In this document: positions 8,404 through 19,465 of the stretch, piece by piece
Numbering within the stretch: the stretch's first letter is position 1
Layout of the letters: each line of letters begins with the position of its first letter
Source: Eubacteriales bacterium
GTDB taxonomy: Bacteria; Bacillota; Clostridia; Oscillospirales; CAG-272
NCBI GenBank assembly: GCA_045611965.1
Contig: JAZKYE010000005.1
Location: 836-64,835, forward strand
DNA length: 64,000 nucleotides
Direction of reading: 5' to 3'
Program-made: the position numbers and the translations under genes
The notes under the pieces: generated by a model
The model's input: only the letters and a program-made list of their open reading frames with translations
What the model was told of the DNA's origin: nothing
Database searches by the model: none

Positions 8404-11160
8404 ATGAAAAACACGTCAAAAATTCTGTTCAGCGTACTGCTGGTCCTCTTGCTTTGTATTACGGTTGTTGCTTGCGGACATGATGCCGACGAGCACGTGG
8501 CTGCAGGCGAGTGGCAAACCGACGCAACCCACCATTGGAAGGGTTGTGAGGACGAATGTGAGGGCGCAGAGGTCGATAAGGCTGAACATACCTTCGACAA
8601 CGCTTGCGACACCACCTGCGACGTATGCGGTTATACGAGAACGGTAGGCGCGCACGTTTACGACAACGCTTGCGATACCAAGTGTAACGTATGTGAGGCA
8701 GAGAGAACTATCACACACGCACACGGCACTACGCTGACCGTAGGTGATACCACTCACTATTATCTCTGCTCAGTTTGCGGTGATAAGAAGGACGAGGTTG
8801 CTCACAGCTTTGACAAGACCGTTGCCCACAGCGACTACTTAAAGGCAGCGGCAACCGCTACTACTAAGGCTCAATACTGGAAGTCCTGCGTATGCGGTAA
8901 GGCATCGGCTACCGAGTATTTTGAAACCGATAAGACCGCCGCAACCCTTTCGGGTATTCAGGATCTTTCCAAGACCTACGATAAGGTAGCGCTTGCAAAT
9001 CCCACCTATACTACTAATTCTGACGGTGCGGTTACCTTTGAGTGGTACAAGGGCGATACCAAGCTTGATGCAAAGCCCGTTAACGCAGGTACTTATAAGG
9101 TAAAGGTTATCATCCCTGAAACCGCAACCTACGCAGGTGTTAGCGCAGAGAAGGAATTTACCATTGCGACAAAGACGCTCTCCAACCTGACCGTGGATCT
9201 GACCTATAACGGCACCGCTTACTTTGAAGTGCCTTTGGGTGCAGCAAACGGTATTGTATCCGGCGATGTTGCGGACGGAATTAAGGTCTGCATCACCTTC
9301 GCAAGCAAAAATGTAGGCGCATCGGTAACAGGCGCAGGTCTGGATGCCGAGGACGGCGACGGCTACACCAACTACGAGCTTGACCTGACTACCTGCACTG
9401 CAAGCATAGTGCCCAAGGTGCTGAACGACGTTACCTACAATTTCACTTACAACGACAACGATTATCAGCAGGTTGTTCTTACGAGCGCAAATCATAGCGG
9501 CATTATCGGCAGTGATCAAGTATTCCTTGAGGTCTGCTTTGTAGACACCGTTGTAGACTCGGATGTGGACACAACCGCAGGCTCGGCACCCGCGTTTAAT
9601 GACGATAACTACACGCTTGGCACCTACTCCTTTGCGATCGTACCCAAGAAGCTGACTTTGAAGGCAGGAGAGAAGATTGAGCGTATAATAACTTATAATG
9701 GCCAGAAAAATCATACACTTTCAGTAAGCTCTGATAGCTTTGACGGATACGTTGACGCAGATGCTGCATCGCTATGGCTTACGGCAACGACTCCTTCTAA
9801 AAACGTGGGTCAGTACACTGACGGCGTTATCTTGACACCTTATGTTGGCAACTCCGCCTTCGGTACGGTAAGCCACAACTACGACTTTTCCGAGGTTGCG
9901 GCTACGATCAAAGTGAATAAGATGATTGTTAATGTGTCTGGCGTTACAGCAGAGTACAACGGAACAACTCAATTCACCTTTGATGAGCCCCTCAGACTTA
10001 CTAGTGCGCATACTAGTGGTCAGGACTATATTTTGAGTGCGGACGAGGTTTACCTTAACAGCTTCAAGCTTTCCGCCCCCGACGCCAGCTCAGAGGAATT
10101 TGTAAACTACGGCGACTATACGCTTAGCGGAGCCGATGTTGGCAACTATGATATTGACGAGTTTGCTGTTGAGATCACCAAGAAAAAGCTGACTAATCTT
10201 CAAATTGACGTGACCGAAGCTGTTTATGATGTTCCCGGCACCGACGGCTCGGAAACCGCAACTCTCACCCTTCTTGTAAAAGACGGTATCATCCCTGGTG
10301 AAATCGTTCAGATCACCGTTACCAACTACGCAGAGATGGATCTTTGGAACGGCACCTTTGAACTGTGTCTTAAGAATGAGACGGAAATTACACAAGGTCA
10401 GGAAATCATCGCTCTTGTTGCAAGCGGCGATTATGCAAACTACGAGCTTGTTGCAGATGCAAACGGTGTAGTAGGCATACTCAACATCGTTGCCAACTGT
10501 GACGTACAGTACAACGGCACCTGCAACTGCGGTAATAGCCACGTAACCAGCACCTTCCGTTCGGTTGACACAGTTGCGACCGTTCCCGTTGGCCCTGCCG
10601 GTGGCACCACCTGGGAAGGCGGTATCTACGCGCTGAACACTACCAATTCCGGTTACTGGAATATCAAGCCCAATGGTAATTATTGCACTATAACCGTATA
10701 TGACTCCGAGGGAAACACGGTGACGGTGAAGGGCTTTGAGTTCTATGCTAATAAGGGTGGCACCTACTACGTGCATATTGGCAAGAACTCCACCACTGCC
10801 TCCGGCGACGCGATCACCTTCCGTTACGCCGAGGAGCTTGTTGACGTATCCTCGAATCAAAGCGGATACTATGAATCCGATTACGTTGACGGCGTTGCCA
10901 CCGGCGAGTATTGGTTCAAGATCAACCCTGATACACAGTGGGGGCAGTCGCTTGCGATCCTTGACGAAAACGAGCAGGAGCTTGACCCTACGAAGTATAC
11001 TGTTAAGGCATATGATGCAAACTTCAACCTGCTTGAAGACGTCGTTTATGAGGATCAAGAGGATATCTACAGAACCGGCGGCGAGTCCTTGTATGGAAAG
11101 GATATCTACATCGCAGTCGTGCTGAATGAAGATCTTGAATTCTACATTGCGGTTTACTGA
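8404..11160 (+). CDS. Large surface lipoprotein with His/Cys repeats and MBG/YDG-like beta-repeat stalk
   Basis: Lipobox VVAC; repeats HTFDNACDTTCDVCG / HVYDNACDTKCNVCE; KPVNAGTYKVKV; several (T)YNG...KNVG...NY units. Confidence 0.75.
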   Translation: MKNTSKILFSVLLVLLLCITVVACGHDADEHVAAGEWQTDATHHWKGCEDECEGAEVDKAEHTFDNACDTTCDVCGYTRTVGAHVYDNACDTKCNVCEAERTITHAHGTTLTVGDTTHYYLCSVCGDKKDEVAHSFDKTVAHSDYLKAAATATTKAQYWKSCVCGKASATEYFETDKTAATLSGIQDLSKTYDKVALANPTYTTNSDGAVTFEWYKGDTKLDAKPVNAGTYKVKVIIPETATYAGVSAEKEFTIATKTLSNLTVDLTYNGTAYFEVPLGAANGIVSGDVADGIKVCITFASKNVGASVTGAGLDAEDGDGYTNYELDLTTCTASIVPKVLNDVTYNFTYNDNDYQQVVLTSANHSGIIGSDQVFLEVCFVDTVVDSDVDTTAGSAPAFNDDNYTLGTYSFAIVPKKLTLKAGEKIERIITYNGQKNHTLSVSSDSFDGYVDADAASLWLTATTPSKNVGQYTDGVILTPYVGNSAFGTVSHNYDFSEVAATIKVNKMIVNVSGVTAEYNGTTQFTFDEPLRLTSAHTSGQDYILSADEVYLNSFKLSAPDASSEEFVNYGDYTLSGADVGNYDIDEFAVEITKKKLTNLQIDVTEAVYDVPGTDGSETATLTLLVKDGIIPGEIVQITVTNYAEMDLWNGTFELCLKNETEITQGQEIIALVASGDYANYELVADANGVVGILNIVANCDVQYNGTCNCGNSHVTSTFRSVDTVATVPVGPAGGTTWEGGIYALNTTNSGYWNIKPNGNYCTITVYDSEGNTVTVKGFEFYANKGGTYYVHIGKNSTTASGDAITFRYAEELVDVSSNQSGYYESDYVDGVATGEYWFKINPDTQWGQSLAILDENEQELDPTKYTVKAYDANFNLLEDVVYEDQEDIYRTGGESLYGKDIYIAVVLNEDLEFYIAVY

Positions 11161-11201
11161 TCCAAGGCAATTTTATAGCCGACAACAATCAGCAAACCTA
11201 C

Positions 11202-11236
11202 GGGCGGTGAGCTTCGGCTCACCGCCCCCCTTTTTT
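11202..11236 (+). terminator. Rho-independent terminator
   Basis: GGGCGGTGAGC-TTCG-GCTCACCGCCC followed by a T tract. Confidence 0.85.
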
Positions 11237-11488
11237 ATCAAAAAGCAAAAGCCCACTCTCGTCAGGCAAAGAGAAATGATAGCAAAGGTCGGTTATTATC
11301 AGGCTGATGAAAAATACGGTGGGTAAAATATCATTATAAAGATTTATATAAGGGGCTTTGTGCGGTGGCATTTGAATTTTTTTGGAAATTTTTTAAAAAA
11401 ATATTTTTTCCTTGCGATAAAAGCGCATCTTTGCCGATTAGTTAGGTGAAGGGTCCGAGAGACGGACACCACGAAAGGAGAAAAAATC

Positions 11489-12772
11489 ATGAAAAAAATT
11501 CTAATCGCACTTACACTTATGCTTACGCTTCTGACGACTTGTCTTGTCGGATGCACACCCGCTTTGGGCAACAGCCCTGAAGCTTCAGACAGCAGCGCAC
11601 TCAAGGCAACCGCAGCGGCAGTATTCACACTTGACGTAAACCCCGGAGTACGTATATATGTAAAGGAAGATAATACGGTTATTTCGGTTGAAGCCACCAA
11701 CGAGGACGGCGAGGACGTCATAGCAGAGCTTGAGCCTGAAGGCGAGGACTATGAGCAGGTCGTTGAGCAAATCATCGACGAAATGGACGAGCAGGGATAC
11801 CTTGAGGGCGACGAAAGCTCGGTTCTTGTTTCCGTAGAGAAAAAGGCTATGGATATTTCCGAGAGGGTAAACGATAGAATCAACAAGGCATTTGAAAAGC
11901 ACGGCAAGCGCGCTTCTGTAATCGAGCAGGATTTTGATGCGCTTGATGAAGAGATTGGCAAGACAATCGGTGAGATGGCTAAAAGATACAAGATTTCCGA
12001 GGGCAAGGCTCACCTTATCGAAAAGATAAGAGAGGAATTTCCGGAGCTTTCCGAGGAAGAGCTTGCTTCACTCAAGGTAAATGACCTCGGTATGATGCTT
12101 GAAGATACCTCTGATGATATTAAGGGTCACTTCAAAAAGGTCGGAAAGGCTGTTGAGGGTGCTTACGTCGGCAGAGAGCAGGCACTTGAAATCGCGATTG
12201 AGAGCCTTGAAAATCCCAACCTCACCGCGCAGAGCATCACCATGCACCGCGTTCGCGTTACCAGAGGCGAGGGCAAGATGCTCTATGAGGTAGAGTTTGT
12301 ATATGACGGTATGGAATACACGGTCACCGTTTGTGCAAAGACCGGCGAGGTTCTTGCAAGCGAAAGCAAGGAATTTGAGCAGCTTGATGCCGAGAAAATC
12401 ATTGACGATTTCTGCCACAAGCATAATGTTGATAAGGAAGGTATTAAGGATCACGTAATGAACGAGATCTTCGACAGGGATGAGAAGAAGGACGAAAAGA
12501 AGGACGAAAAGGAAGAGGATAATAAGCCCTTGACACGCCGCGAGCTTCTTAAGGGTGTGATAGAAGCACTCGGTATTTCCGAGGATGCCTTAAAAAAGAC
12601 CGACGTTAAGCTTCACAGAGCTAAAGGCGGCGAGGTCGCAGCTGTTATCATTGAGCTGAATAACGGTGACACTTACAAAATTGTCGTTGAGACATTTAGC
12701 GCAACGGTCCTGAAGGCAGAGCTTAACGGTGCGGAATTTGAAATTCCCGCAAGCGAGGCTGAGGCTGAATAA
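11489..12772 (+). CDS. Lipoprotein with RsgI-like extracellular domain and PepSY-like domains
   Basis: Lipobox LVGC; TLDVNPGVRI...VEATNEDG...GYL...VLVSV; ISEGKAHLI; YEVEF...VCAKTGEV. Confidence 0.75.
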   Translation: MKKILIALTLMLTLLTTCLVGCTPALGNSPEASDSSALKATAAAVFTLDVNPGVRIYVKEDNTVISVEATNEDGEDVIAELEPEGEDYEQVVEQIIDEMDEQGYLEGDESSVLVSVEKKAMDISERVNDRINKAFEKHGKRASVIEQDFDALDEEIGKTIGEMAKRYKISEGKAHLIEKIREEFPELSEEELASLKVNDLGMMLEDTSDDIKGHFKKVGKAVEGAYVGREQALEIAIESLENPNLTAQSITMHRVRVTRGEGKMLYEVEFVYDGMEYTVTVCAKTGEVLASESKEFEQLDAEKIIDDFCHKHNVDKEGIKDHVMNEIFDRDEKKDEKKDEKEEDNKPLTRRELLKGVIEALGISEDALKKTDVKLHRAKGGEVAAVIIELNNGDTYKIVVETFSATVLKAELNGAEFEIPASEAEAE

Positions 12773-12980
12773 ATAATACCAGGCGCGTCAGTATCGCGGA
12801 TTGCGACGCTGGCGCGTCAGTGGCAAGCGCGTAGTAAATTACGATGCCAAGTTGAAAAAATTGCAAAAAACAAAATGATACTGCAAATTTAAAGCAGACT
12901 ATAGAAAAATGTTGTTTTTTATTACTTTTTGTGCTATAATTTAATAGATAATTCACTAACTGCGAAAGGTGATAAAAACC

Positions 12981-13556
12981 GTGCTTTACGTGTACACGTT
13001 GACTGAAGGAGAGGTTCGTAGCAGGGACACAAAGACCGAAGAGCTCATCGCGCGAATGTCTCGCGGTGATGTGTCTGCTATGGGTGACCTTTACCAGCTT
13101 ATAGAAACTGATATTTTTGCATACGCTCTGTCAAAAACCGCAAATAAAGCGGATGCAGAGGATATAACCCACGACACCTTCGTTCAGGTATGGAAAAACG
13201 CAACGCAGTATAAGCCTATGGGTAAGCCGCTTGCGTGGATATTTACTATCGAAATGAACCTGATGCGTAGACAGTTTAGTAAAAATCAAAGATTTGTTCC
13301 GCTTGACGAGTCTATTGATATCGAGTCCGACGACGGTGATTTTACAAAAGATATGATAAGGAGCGAATTTCTCAGACAGATGCTGGGCATCTTGAGTGAT
13401 GAGGAACGCGAGATCATCGCGCTACATATCGTGTCAGGGCTAAAGCATAGAGAAATAGCGAAGCTTTTGGCAAAACCGCTATCAACCGTGCTGTCAAAAT
13501 ATAATCGCGCAATAAAGAAGCTTCAAATTGAAATCAAGGAAAGGGATGAGCAGTAA
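12981..13556 (+). CDS. ECF RNA polymerase sigma factor
   Basis: DAEDITHDTFVQVW, LAWIFTI, LSDEEREIIALH...GLKHREIA...STVLSKYNRA; GTG 12981 follows RBS AAAGGTGA (alternative start 12969). Confidence 0.9.
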   Translation: MLYVYTLTEGEVRSRDTKTEELIARMSRGDVSAMGDLYQLIETDIFAYALSKTANKADAEDITHDTFVQVWKNATQYKPMGKPLAWIFTIEMNLMRRQFSKNQRFVPLDESIDIESDDGDFTKDMIRSEFLRQMLGILSDEEREIIALHIVSGLKHREIAKLLAKPLSTVLSKYNRAIKKLQIEIKERDEQ

Positions 13557-14765
13557 GTGAAAAGACGGGATTTAAAAAACAAAATAACCGAAGCCTTCGA
13601 GGCTGAAGCGCCGAATCTTCGCTCGAAAATTCTTGCTTCCTGTGAAAAAGAAGCGCAGCTACCGGTTACTGCTTCTTCGGTGCAGGTTAAAAAAGAACCT
13701 GTGAAACGTCCTAATTATACTATGATGTTCAGGCGAATTGCAGCGTGCGCGCTCTGCCTTGTGCTCTTTATTTCGGGCTTGTCGATAGGCTTGTTTATTC
13801 CAAACGGAATCGGTGATACGGTAGCGTCAGGGGATGCCGAAACCTTTGTTTACATTGACGTAAACCCAAGCATAGAGCTTCAGATGGATGGCGAAAGCAA
13901 GGTTGTGGAATGCTTGGCGGTTAACGAGGATGCAAAGGCAATTCTCGCAGGACTAAAGCTTGAGGGTGTGGATATGAACACCGCGCTCACTGCAATCGTC
14001 GGCTCAATGTATGTGAACGGCTATCTTACCGAGGATTCAAATTCCATTCTGATAAGCGTGGATAGAAAGAACGATGAAGCAACCGATACGCTTCTGTCCG
14101 ATATTACGGGCAAGATTAATACCGTGTTTAAAAACTCCGGGCTTGAATGTTCTATCATAGCGCAGAAGGTTAACGTTGATGACAACCTTAAGCAAAGAGC
14201 GAGCGAAAACGGTGTTTCGGTCGGTAAAATGCACCTTGTTGACAAAATGGTCGGAACGGACGACTTCAATGCCGAGGATGCTTCCGACCTTGCCGATATG
14301 TCTATCAAGGAGCTGAATCTGATATATTCTACAAGGCCGAACAAGGGCGACGGAAACGATCCGTTTAACAATGATATTTCAAGCGGTGACATCGGTGGAT
14401 TTGTAGGTCAGGACGATGCTTTGACCTTGCTTCTCGCGGAGCTCGAGGTGGAACGTTCAGAGCTTGAATGGCATCGTGTGAAGGCAAAGCCGCAGCACAA
14501 TAACGGCAACAGACAGATGGTATATCACGTGTCCATCCGCATAAAGGGTGACACCGCCACCTATGACTTTGAGGTGGATTGCAAGACGGGTGAGGTTGTG
14601 AAGATAGACCACGATATGCCAGCAGTCAATACCCCTGGCGGTAGCGGCGGCACACCTCAATCAGGAACACTTCCCGGCACCCACGGGCAGAATAAAGACA
14701 ACACATCGCCCACCCACACAAACGGTGGCGAACCGCCCCGTGGCGGTAACGATGGGCAACGGTAA
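13557..14765 (+). CDS. Transmembrane anti-sigma factor with RsgI-like and PepSY-like domains
   Basis: Abuts the sigma gene; cytoplasmic N-terminus, one TM helix, YIDVNPSIEL...NEDA...NGYL, GVSVGK, VDCKTGEV, Gly/Pro/Thr-rich tail. Confidence 0.8.
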   Translation: MKRRDLKNKITEAFEAEAPNLRSKILASCEKEAQLPVTASSVQVKKEPVKRPNYTMMFRRIAACALCLVLFISGLSIGLFIPNGIGDTVASGDAETFVYIDVNPSIELQMDGESKVVECLAVNEDAKAILAGLKLEGVDMNTALTAIVGSMYVNGYLTEDSNSILISVDRKNDEATDTLLSDITGKINTVFKNSGLECSIIAQKVNVDDNLKQRASENGVSVGKMHLVDKMVGTDDFNAEDASDLADMSIKELNLIYSTRPNKGDGNDPFNNDISSGDIGGFVGQDDALTLLLAELEVERSELEWHRVKAKPQHNNGNRQMVYHVSIRIKGDTATYDFEVDCKTGEVVKIDHDMPAVNTPGGSGGTPQSGTLPGTHGQNKDNTSPTHTNGGEPPRGGNDGQR

Positions 14766-14806
14766 AACCCGACAACTAAACGCCAGGTGATGATATACAC
14801 CTTTGG

Positions 14807-14920
14807 TGATGATATGCCAAGCCTATGGCTTGGATAAAAAACGACAGGTTGAAACCTGTCGTTTTTTGGTCGAAGCGGCGGGACTCGAACTCACGGCTTT
14901 CAGTAGCCGAAGCTGGCGCG
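14807..14920 (-). repeat. Direct repeat of the tRNA-Pro 3' portion plus downstream hairpins (att-like)
   Basis: 14867-14920 matches 23971-24024 with 6 mismatches in 54 nt; 14807-14866 closely matches 23909-23970. Confidence 0.9.
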
Positions 14921-14941
14921 GCGTAATATAGTATGATTGAG

Positions 14942-14976
14942 AAAGCCTCGGTAGGGAGTTTCCTTGCCGAGGCTTT
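14942..14976 (-). terminator. Terminator-like hairpin downstream of the YyaL-like gene
   Basis: AAAGCCTCGGTAGGGA-gtt-TCCTTGCCGAGGCTTT. Confidence 0.6.
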
Positions 14977-15132
14977 TGTCTTTTACAATCTAAAGTTGTA
15001 AAATCCGCTTTTAAATAAACTTTGCTGTTCTTGAAATGGCAACTTTTCTATAATATAGTCAAGATAAGAGCTTATCAATCTAAATAAAAGTGGACTAAAT
15101 ATATGGAAATTATCCATCAATTCTTTGTGAGA

Positions 15133-17088
15133 TTAAGTGTGCACATTTTCAAACAAATCATTGAGGTCGTTGGTTGGCGGCAGACAGCTGTGACCTCGGC
15201 ACACGTAATAGGTGGTCTTGCCGTTTTTTGGCAAGTATTCCTTTGTGGGGGCATCCAAAAGGATGACAATCGCGTTTGATGGGAATGCAAGAGGTAATGT
15301 GCGTCTGTCCGTTGTTTCATCTGTTACAACCGTTATTTTCATCGATGGCTTTTCGTATTCCAAAAGCGCAGTCAAAAACACAGCGTGGTTTGTGGGATAT
15401 TGTGCGGCGCTTTGTGCAAGAAAATCAAGTTGCCGTTCCGCTTCGTTTTTGTATCTCTCCTCATCGGTAATAAGAGACAGACGCACAAGGCTATACGCCA
15501 TAAGCGAATTTCCGCTCGGAATAGCGCCGTCGTAGGTTTCTTTCGGACGCAAAATCAGCTCCTCGTGACCGTTGCCGTATAAATAAAATCCACCCGTGTT
15601 ATCCCCGAAATCTGATATGACCTTATCGCATAAGCGCTTTGCCCTGTTCAAATGTTCACTATCCAAAGTGGCGCGATACAACGACAGTTGAGCAAAAATA
15701 TACGAGGAATAATCATCGAGAAATCCCTTCACACCCCGTTTTTTCATATGAAAGCTGACGTAAAGCGTGTCAGCGTCGCACAGATATTTCTGTATAAAGT
15801 TGTCTGCGTTTTGCGCGGCGGAAAGATATACATCTTTTCCGCTGATAAGATACAGCTCACACATAGCGGCGATCATCAGGCTGTTCCATGACGTTAAGAT
15901 CTTTTCGTCGCGGTGAAGCGAATACCGTTTTTTACGGAAGTCATAAAGCATGGGAAGAAAAGCTTCAAAGCTGTTATTGGAAGGATCGCTTTTTAAGAGA
16001 TTCGGAATATTTTTGCCTTCAAAATTACCTGCGTCAGTTATATCAAAATGACGGTTGAATCGCTTGCCGTCCTCTTGCCCAAGTATCCCGATGCTCTCGT
16101 CGGGCGTAAACAGATAATATTTTCCTTCCTCGCCTTCGGTATCAGCGTCCTGCGAGCTGTAAAATCCGCCCTCGTCCGAGGTCATCTCACGGAGGATATA
16201 GCTTGCCGTTTTTTCTGCAATCTCAAGATATATTTCCTTTTTTGTCACCGCATACGCTTTGCAATAGGCAAGGATCAGAAGCGCGTTGTCGTACAGCATT
16301 TTTTCAAAATGGGGAACGAGAAACTTCTTGTCGGTGGAATAGCGGCAGAAGCCAAATCCGATGTGATCAAACATTCCGCCGCGGTACATCTGCAAGAGGG
16401 TATGCTCCGCCATCTTCAGGCACGAGGCTGTTTTGTACCGCTCATAGTAGTCGAATAAAAATAGCAGATTGTGCGGTGTGGGGAATTTGGGTGCACGTCC
16501 AAATCCACCGTACTTTTCGTCATAGATGCGCTCGTATTGCGACACCGCCAAGTGCGTCAGATCAATATCTGCTATATCCGACACGCTCACCGAGCTATTC
16601 AGATGCTCAATAATTTTCTCTGAATCCCTCAAGAGCATATCGCGGTCGGACACCCATTTTTCGTGAATGGCGAGCAGCAGCTCCCGAAAGCCTATCATAC
16701 CGCCTCGTGAGGTTTTGGGGAAATAAGTTCCCGCGAAAAACGGCTTCTGATCCGCCGTCATAAAGATACTTGTCGGCCAGCCTCCGCCTCCCGTGAAGGC
16801 TTGACAGACCGCCATATAGACGCTGTCAATGTCGGGCCGTTCTTCCTTGTCTACCTTGATGGATATAAAATATTTGTTCAAAACCTCGGCAATTTCTTCG
16901 TCCTCAAAGCTCTCGTGAGCGAGCACGTGACACCAATGGCACGCGCTGTATCCGATGCTTAAAAATATGGGCTTGTCCTCTTTTTTTGCCCGCTCAAACG
17001 CCTCGTCGCACCAAGGATACCACTCAACGGGATTGTCCTTGTGCTGAAGTAAATAGGGGCTCGTTTCATTTGCTAATCGATTACTCAT
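15133..17088 (-). CDS. yyaL: YyaL/SSP411-family thioredoxin-domain protein
   Basis: [47 protein letters not shown]. Confidence 0.9.
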   Translation of the reverse strand: MSNRLANETSPYLLQHKDNPVEWYPWCDEAFERAKKEDKPIFLSIGYSACHWCHVLAHESFEDEEIAEVLNKYFISIKVDKEERPDIDSVYMAVCQAFTGGGGWPTSIFMTADQKPFFAGTYFPKTSRGGMIGFRELLLAIHEKWVSDRDMLLRDSEKIIEHLNSSVSVSDIADIDLTHLAVSQYERIYDEKYGGFGRAPKFPTPHNLLFLFDYYERYKTASCLKMAEHTLLQMYRGGMFDHIGFGFCRYSTDKKFLVPHFEKMLYDNALLILAYCKAYAVTKKEIYLEIAEKTASYILREMTSDEGGFYSSQDADTEGEEGKYYLFTPDESIGILGQEDGKRFNRHFDITDAGNFEGKNIPNLLKSDPSNNSFEAFLPMLYDFRKKRYSLHRDEKILTSWNSLMIAAMCELYLISGKDVYLSAAQNADNFIQKYLCDADTLYVSFHMKKRGVKGFLDDYSSYIFAQLSLYRATLDSEHLNRAKRLCDKVISDFGDNTGGFYLYGNGHEELILRPKETYDGAIPSGNSLMAYSLVRLSLITDEERYKNEAERQLDFLAQSAAQYPTNHAVFLTALLEYEKPSMKITVVTDETTDRRTLPLAFPSNAIVILLDAPTKEYLPKNGKTTYYVCRGHSCLPPTNDLNDLFENVHT

Positions 17089-17210
17089 ATCTTCACCTCC
17101 GTTATCCTTTTTATTTTCGGCATTTCTTAAGTGATCTATACGAGATTTTGGCAGGTATGTAAGAAACGAAAATTACAAATACTATTCCTATTACAAATCG
17201 GAGGATTGAT

Positions 17211-18509
17211 ATGGAATCGGTATGGGAGGAAACGGCAGTAAAGCCGCAGTTTGATGCGCCTCGCGGAAATAAAAAGACCGACGTTTTGATCATCGGCGGC
17301 GGTATCGCGGGGATTTTGTGTGCCTACAAGCTCAAAAGTGCGGGTGTGGATTGTATGCTCGTAGAGGCGACGGAAATCTGCGGTGGAATTACAAAAAGCA
17401 CCACGGCGAAGATCACGCTTGGTCACGGACTCATTTACAATGAAATGATAAAACGCTTCGGTGAGGATAAAGCACGCCTTTACGTTGACGCACAAAACAA
17501 AGCAATCCAAGAATACGCCCGATTTTGCGAAAACATCGATTGCGACTATGAAACACGGGATAACTACGTATATTCTACGTGTGATCGCAAGAAGATTGAA
17601 AAGGAGATCGCCGCCTTGGACCGTCTTGGTATGAAAGCCGAGTTCTCGGATGCCCGAGAGCTTCCGTTTACCGTTGCAGGTGCGGTGTGCGTTAAGGATC
17701 AAGCGCAGCTCCACCCGTTGAAATTTCTCTATACAATTGCAAAAGAGCTTCCAATCTACGAGCATACTAAAGTCGTGGAACTGATGCCGCACAAGGCAAT
17801 CACCAACCACGGTGAGCTCACCTACAAAAAGCTGATTATTGCAACTCATTTCCCGATGCTCAATAAACACGGCTTGTACTTCCTCAAACTCTATCAGCAC
17901 CGTTCCTACGTTCTTGCGCTCAAAAATGCAAAAAACGTAGAAGGAATGTATGTGGACGAATCCGACACGGGTCCGTCCTTCCGTAGCTACGGCAATCTGC
18001 TACTTCTCGGCGGTGGCGGACATCGCACAGGCAAGCAGGGTGGCTGTTGGCAGGAGCTTGAAGATTTTGCCCGCAAGCACTACACGCGCGCTGAGATCGT
18101 CGGTAAGTGGGCAACGCAGGATTGCATGACGCTTGACGACATTCCATATATCGGGCAGTACGCAAGATCCACGCCCGACGTCTTTGTTGCAACGGGATTT
18201 AACAAATGGGGCATGACAAATGCAATGGTTTCCGCCGACATTCTCTGTGACCTCATCCAAGGAAAACGCAGTCCGTATGCCGCTGTTTTCGATCCATCAC
18301 GCACCGTCTTGCGCCCACGGCTTGCCGTTAACGCCTTTGAATCGGCGGTAGGAATTCTCACCCCCACCGCACCGCGCTGCCCACACCTCGGTTGCGCCCT
18401 AAAATACAATAGCGCAGAGCACACCTGGGATTGCCCCTGCCACGGCTCGCGCTTCAACGAACACGGTGAGCTGATCGACAATCCCGCGACGGATGATAAG
18501 AAGATATAG
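17211..18509 (+). CDS. FAD-dependent oxidoreductase with C-terminal Rieske domain (YhfW-like)
   Basis: IIGGGIAG, TTAKIT, WATQD, TGFNKWGMT, CPHLGC...WDCPCHGSRF. Confidence 0.9.
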   Translation: MESVWEETAVKPQFDAPRGNKKTDVLIIGGGIAGILCAYKLKSAGVDCMLVEATEICGGITKSTTAKITLGHGLIYNEMIKRFGEDKARLYVDAQNKAIQEYARFCENIDCDYETRDNYVYSTCDRKKIEKEIAALDRLGMKAEFSDARELPFTVAGAVCVKDQAQLHPLKFLYTIAKELPIYEHTKVVELMPHKAITNHGELTYKKLIIATHFPMLNKHGLYFLKLYQHRSYVLALKNAKNVEGMYVDESDTGPSFRSYGNLLLLGGGGHRTGKQGGCWQELEDFARKHYTRAEIVGKWATQDCMTLDDIPYIGQYARSTPDVFVATGFNKWGMTNAMVSADILCDLIQGKRSPYAAVFDPSRTVLRPRLAVNAFESAVGILTPTAPRCPHLGCALKYNSAEHTWDCPCHGSRFNEHGELIDNPATDDKKI

Positions 18510-18680
18510 CAGTATACGCTGATGAATTATGGAAAATAATAGTATTAAATCCCAAAACGGAAGTCAATATTGCTATCCTTAAACACGAAAAACAGTTATT
18601 CCATCCCGTAGAGGTTGAAGGACCGAACCGCAGTACGCCGTACTGCTTCAGGAACAAAACCGAGCCGTAGTGCACATGAA

Positions 18681-18714
18681 AATAGCCACCGACAAGAAAA
18701 TGTCGGTGGCTATT
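18681..18714. terminator. Hairpin, terminator-like
   Basis: AATAGCCACCGACA-agaaaa-TGTCGGTGGCTATT. Confidence 0.5.
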
Positions 18715-18895
18715 CTTCTGCCGTTAGTATCCACAGTTCTCATAAAAGCGCAATAGTTTTTTGCCAAAATGCAAAAATTGATGTGCAGTAGACGAAAGAA
18801 AACGCCCGATGAAAACTTTAGATTTATTTTCGAAAAAGTGCTGGACTTTCCTCCTCTTCAGTGGTATTGTTGTGTGCTAACAGGAGGTACAACCT

Positions 18896-19171
18896 ATGAA
18901 AAACATGATAAAAGAACTATGGCACGGAAACATAATACCGCAAGAGGACAGTCGAACAAACTCAAAAGTGATGAAAGAACGGCTCGGCTACATGGCAAGG
19001 CATCACGAGGACTTGGCAAAGACCTTCACCGACGAGCAGAAGGAAATATTCGAAAAGTTCCACGACCGCTGGGACGAGTACGTAAGCCTCGCCGAAGCTG
19101 CCATCTTCGAATACGCCTTAAAGCTCGGAACACGGTTGGCGATGGAGGTACAATTAGACACAAATGAATAA
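18896..19171 (+). CDS. Small hypothetical protein (DUF6809-like)
   Basis: RBS AGGAGG; IKELWHGNIIPQE...F..ALKLGTRL pattern typical of a small clostridial accessory family. Confidence 0.65.
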   Translation: MKNMIKELWHGNIIPQEDSRTNSKVMKERLGYMARHHEDLAKTFTDEQKEIFEKFHDRWDEYVSLAEAAIFEYALKLGTRLAMEVQLDTNE

Positions 19172-19465
19172 CAGATCAGGCATCGGAGAAAACCTTCGAT
19201 GCCAATTTCATAAATATCGTATAATGAAGCAAATATAGTTGAAGTATTCATAAAATTATGATATAATGATCTTATCAAAATAAGTTCCCCTTGAGGTTGT
19301 GGGAAATCAATCGATATGAGAATGAGGATGCGCCCATAGCTTTGGATAAGTTATGGGCGCATTTCGCTTATTTATAAGAAAATTATCAAAAACATTGGAA
19401 AATTATGTGACATTCTTTTTTAAAACCGTAGTATATAGGTGAGGCATACAAAGGAAGGTGATGAT

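Noticed and set aside
8494..8900. Multiheme cytochrome c
   Set aside because: The CxxC motifs are not followed by His
12782..12825. GGCGCGTCAGT direct repeat and imperfect hairpin after the RsgI-like lipoprotein gene
   Set aside because: Only two copies and not seen elsewhere in the window; cannot be told apart from a weak terminator
14867..14920. Second functional tRNA-Pro
   Set aside because: The 5' acceptor strand and most of the D arm are missing and the remaining stems carry mismatches
18510..18895. Integrase or recombinase remnant inside the islet
   Set aside because: The short ORFs here show no tyrosine or serine recombinase motifs that I can recognise
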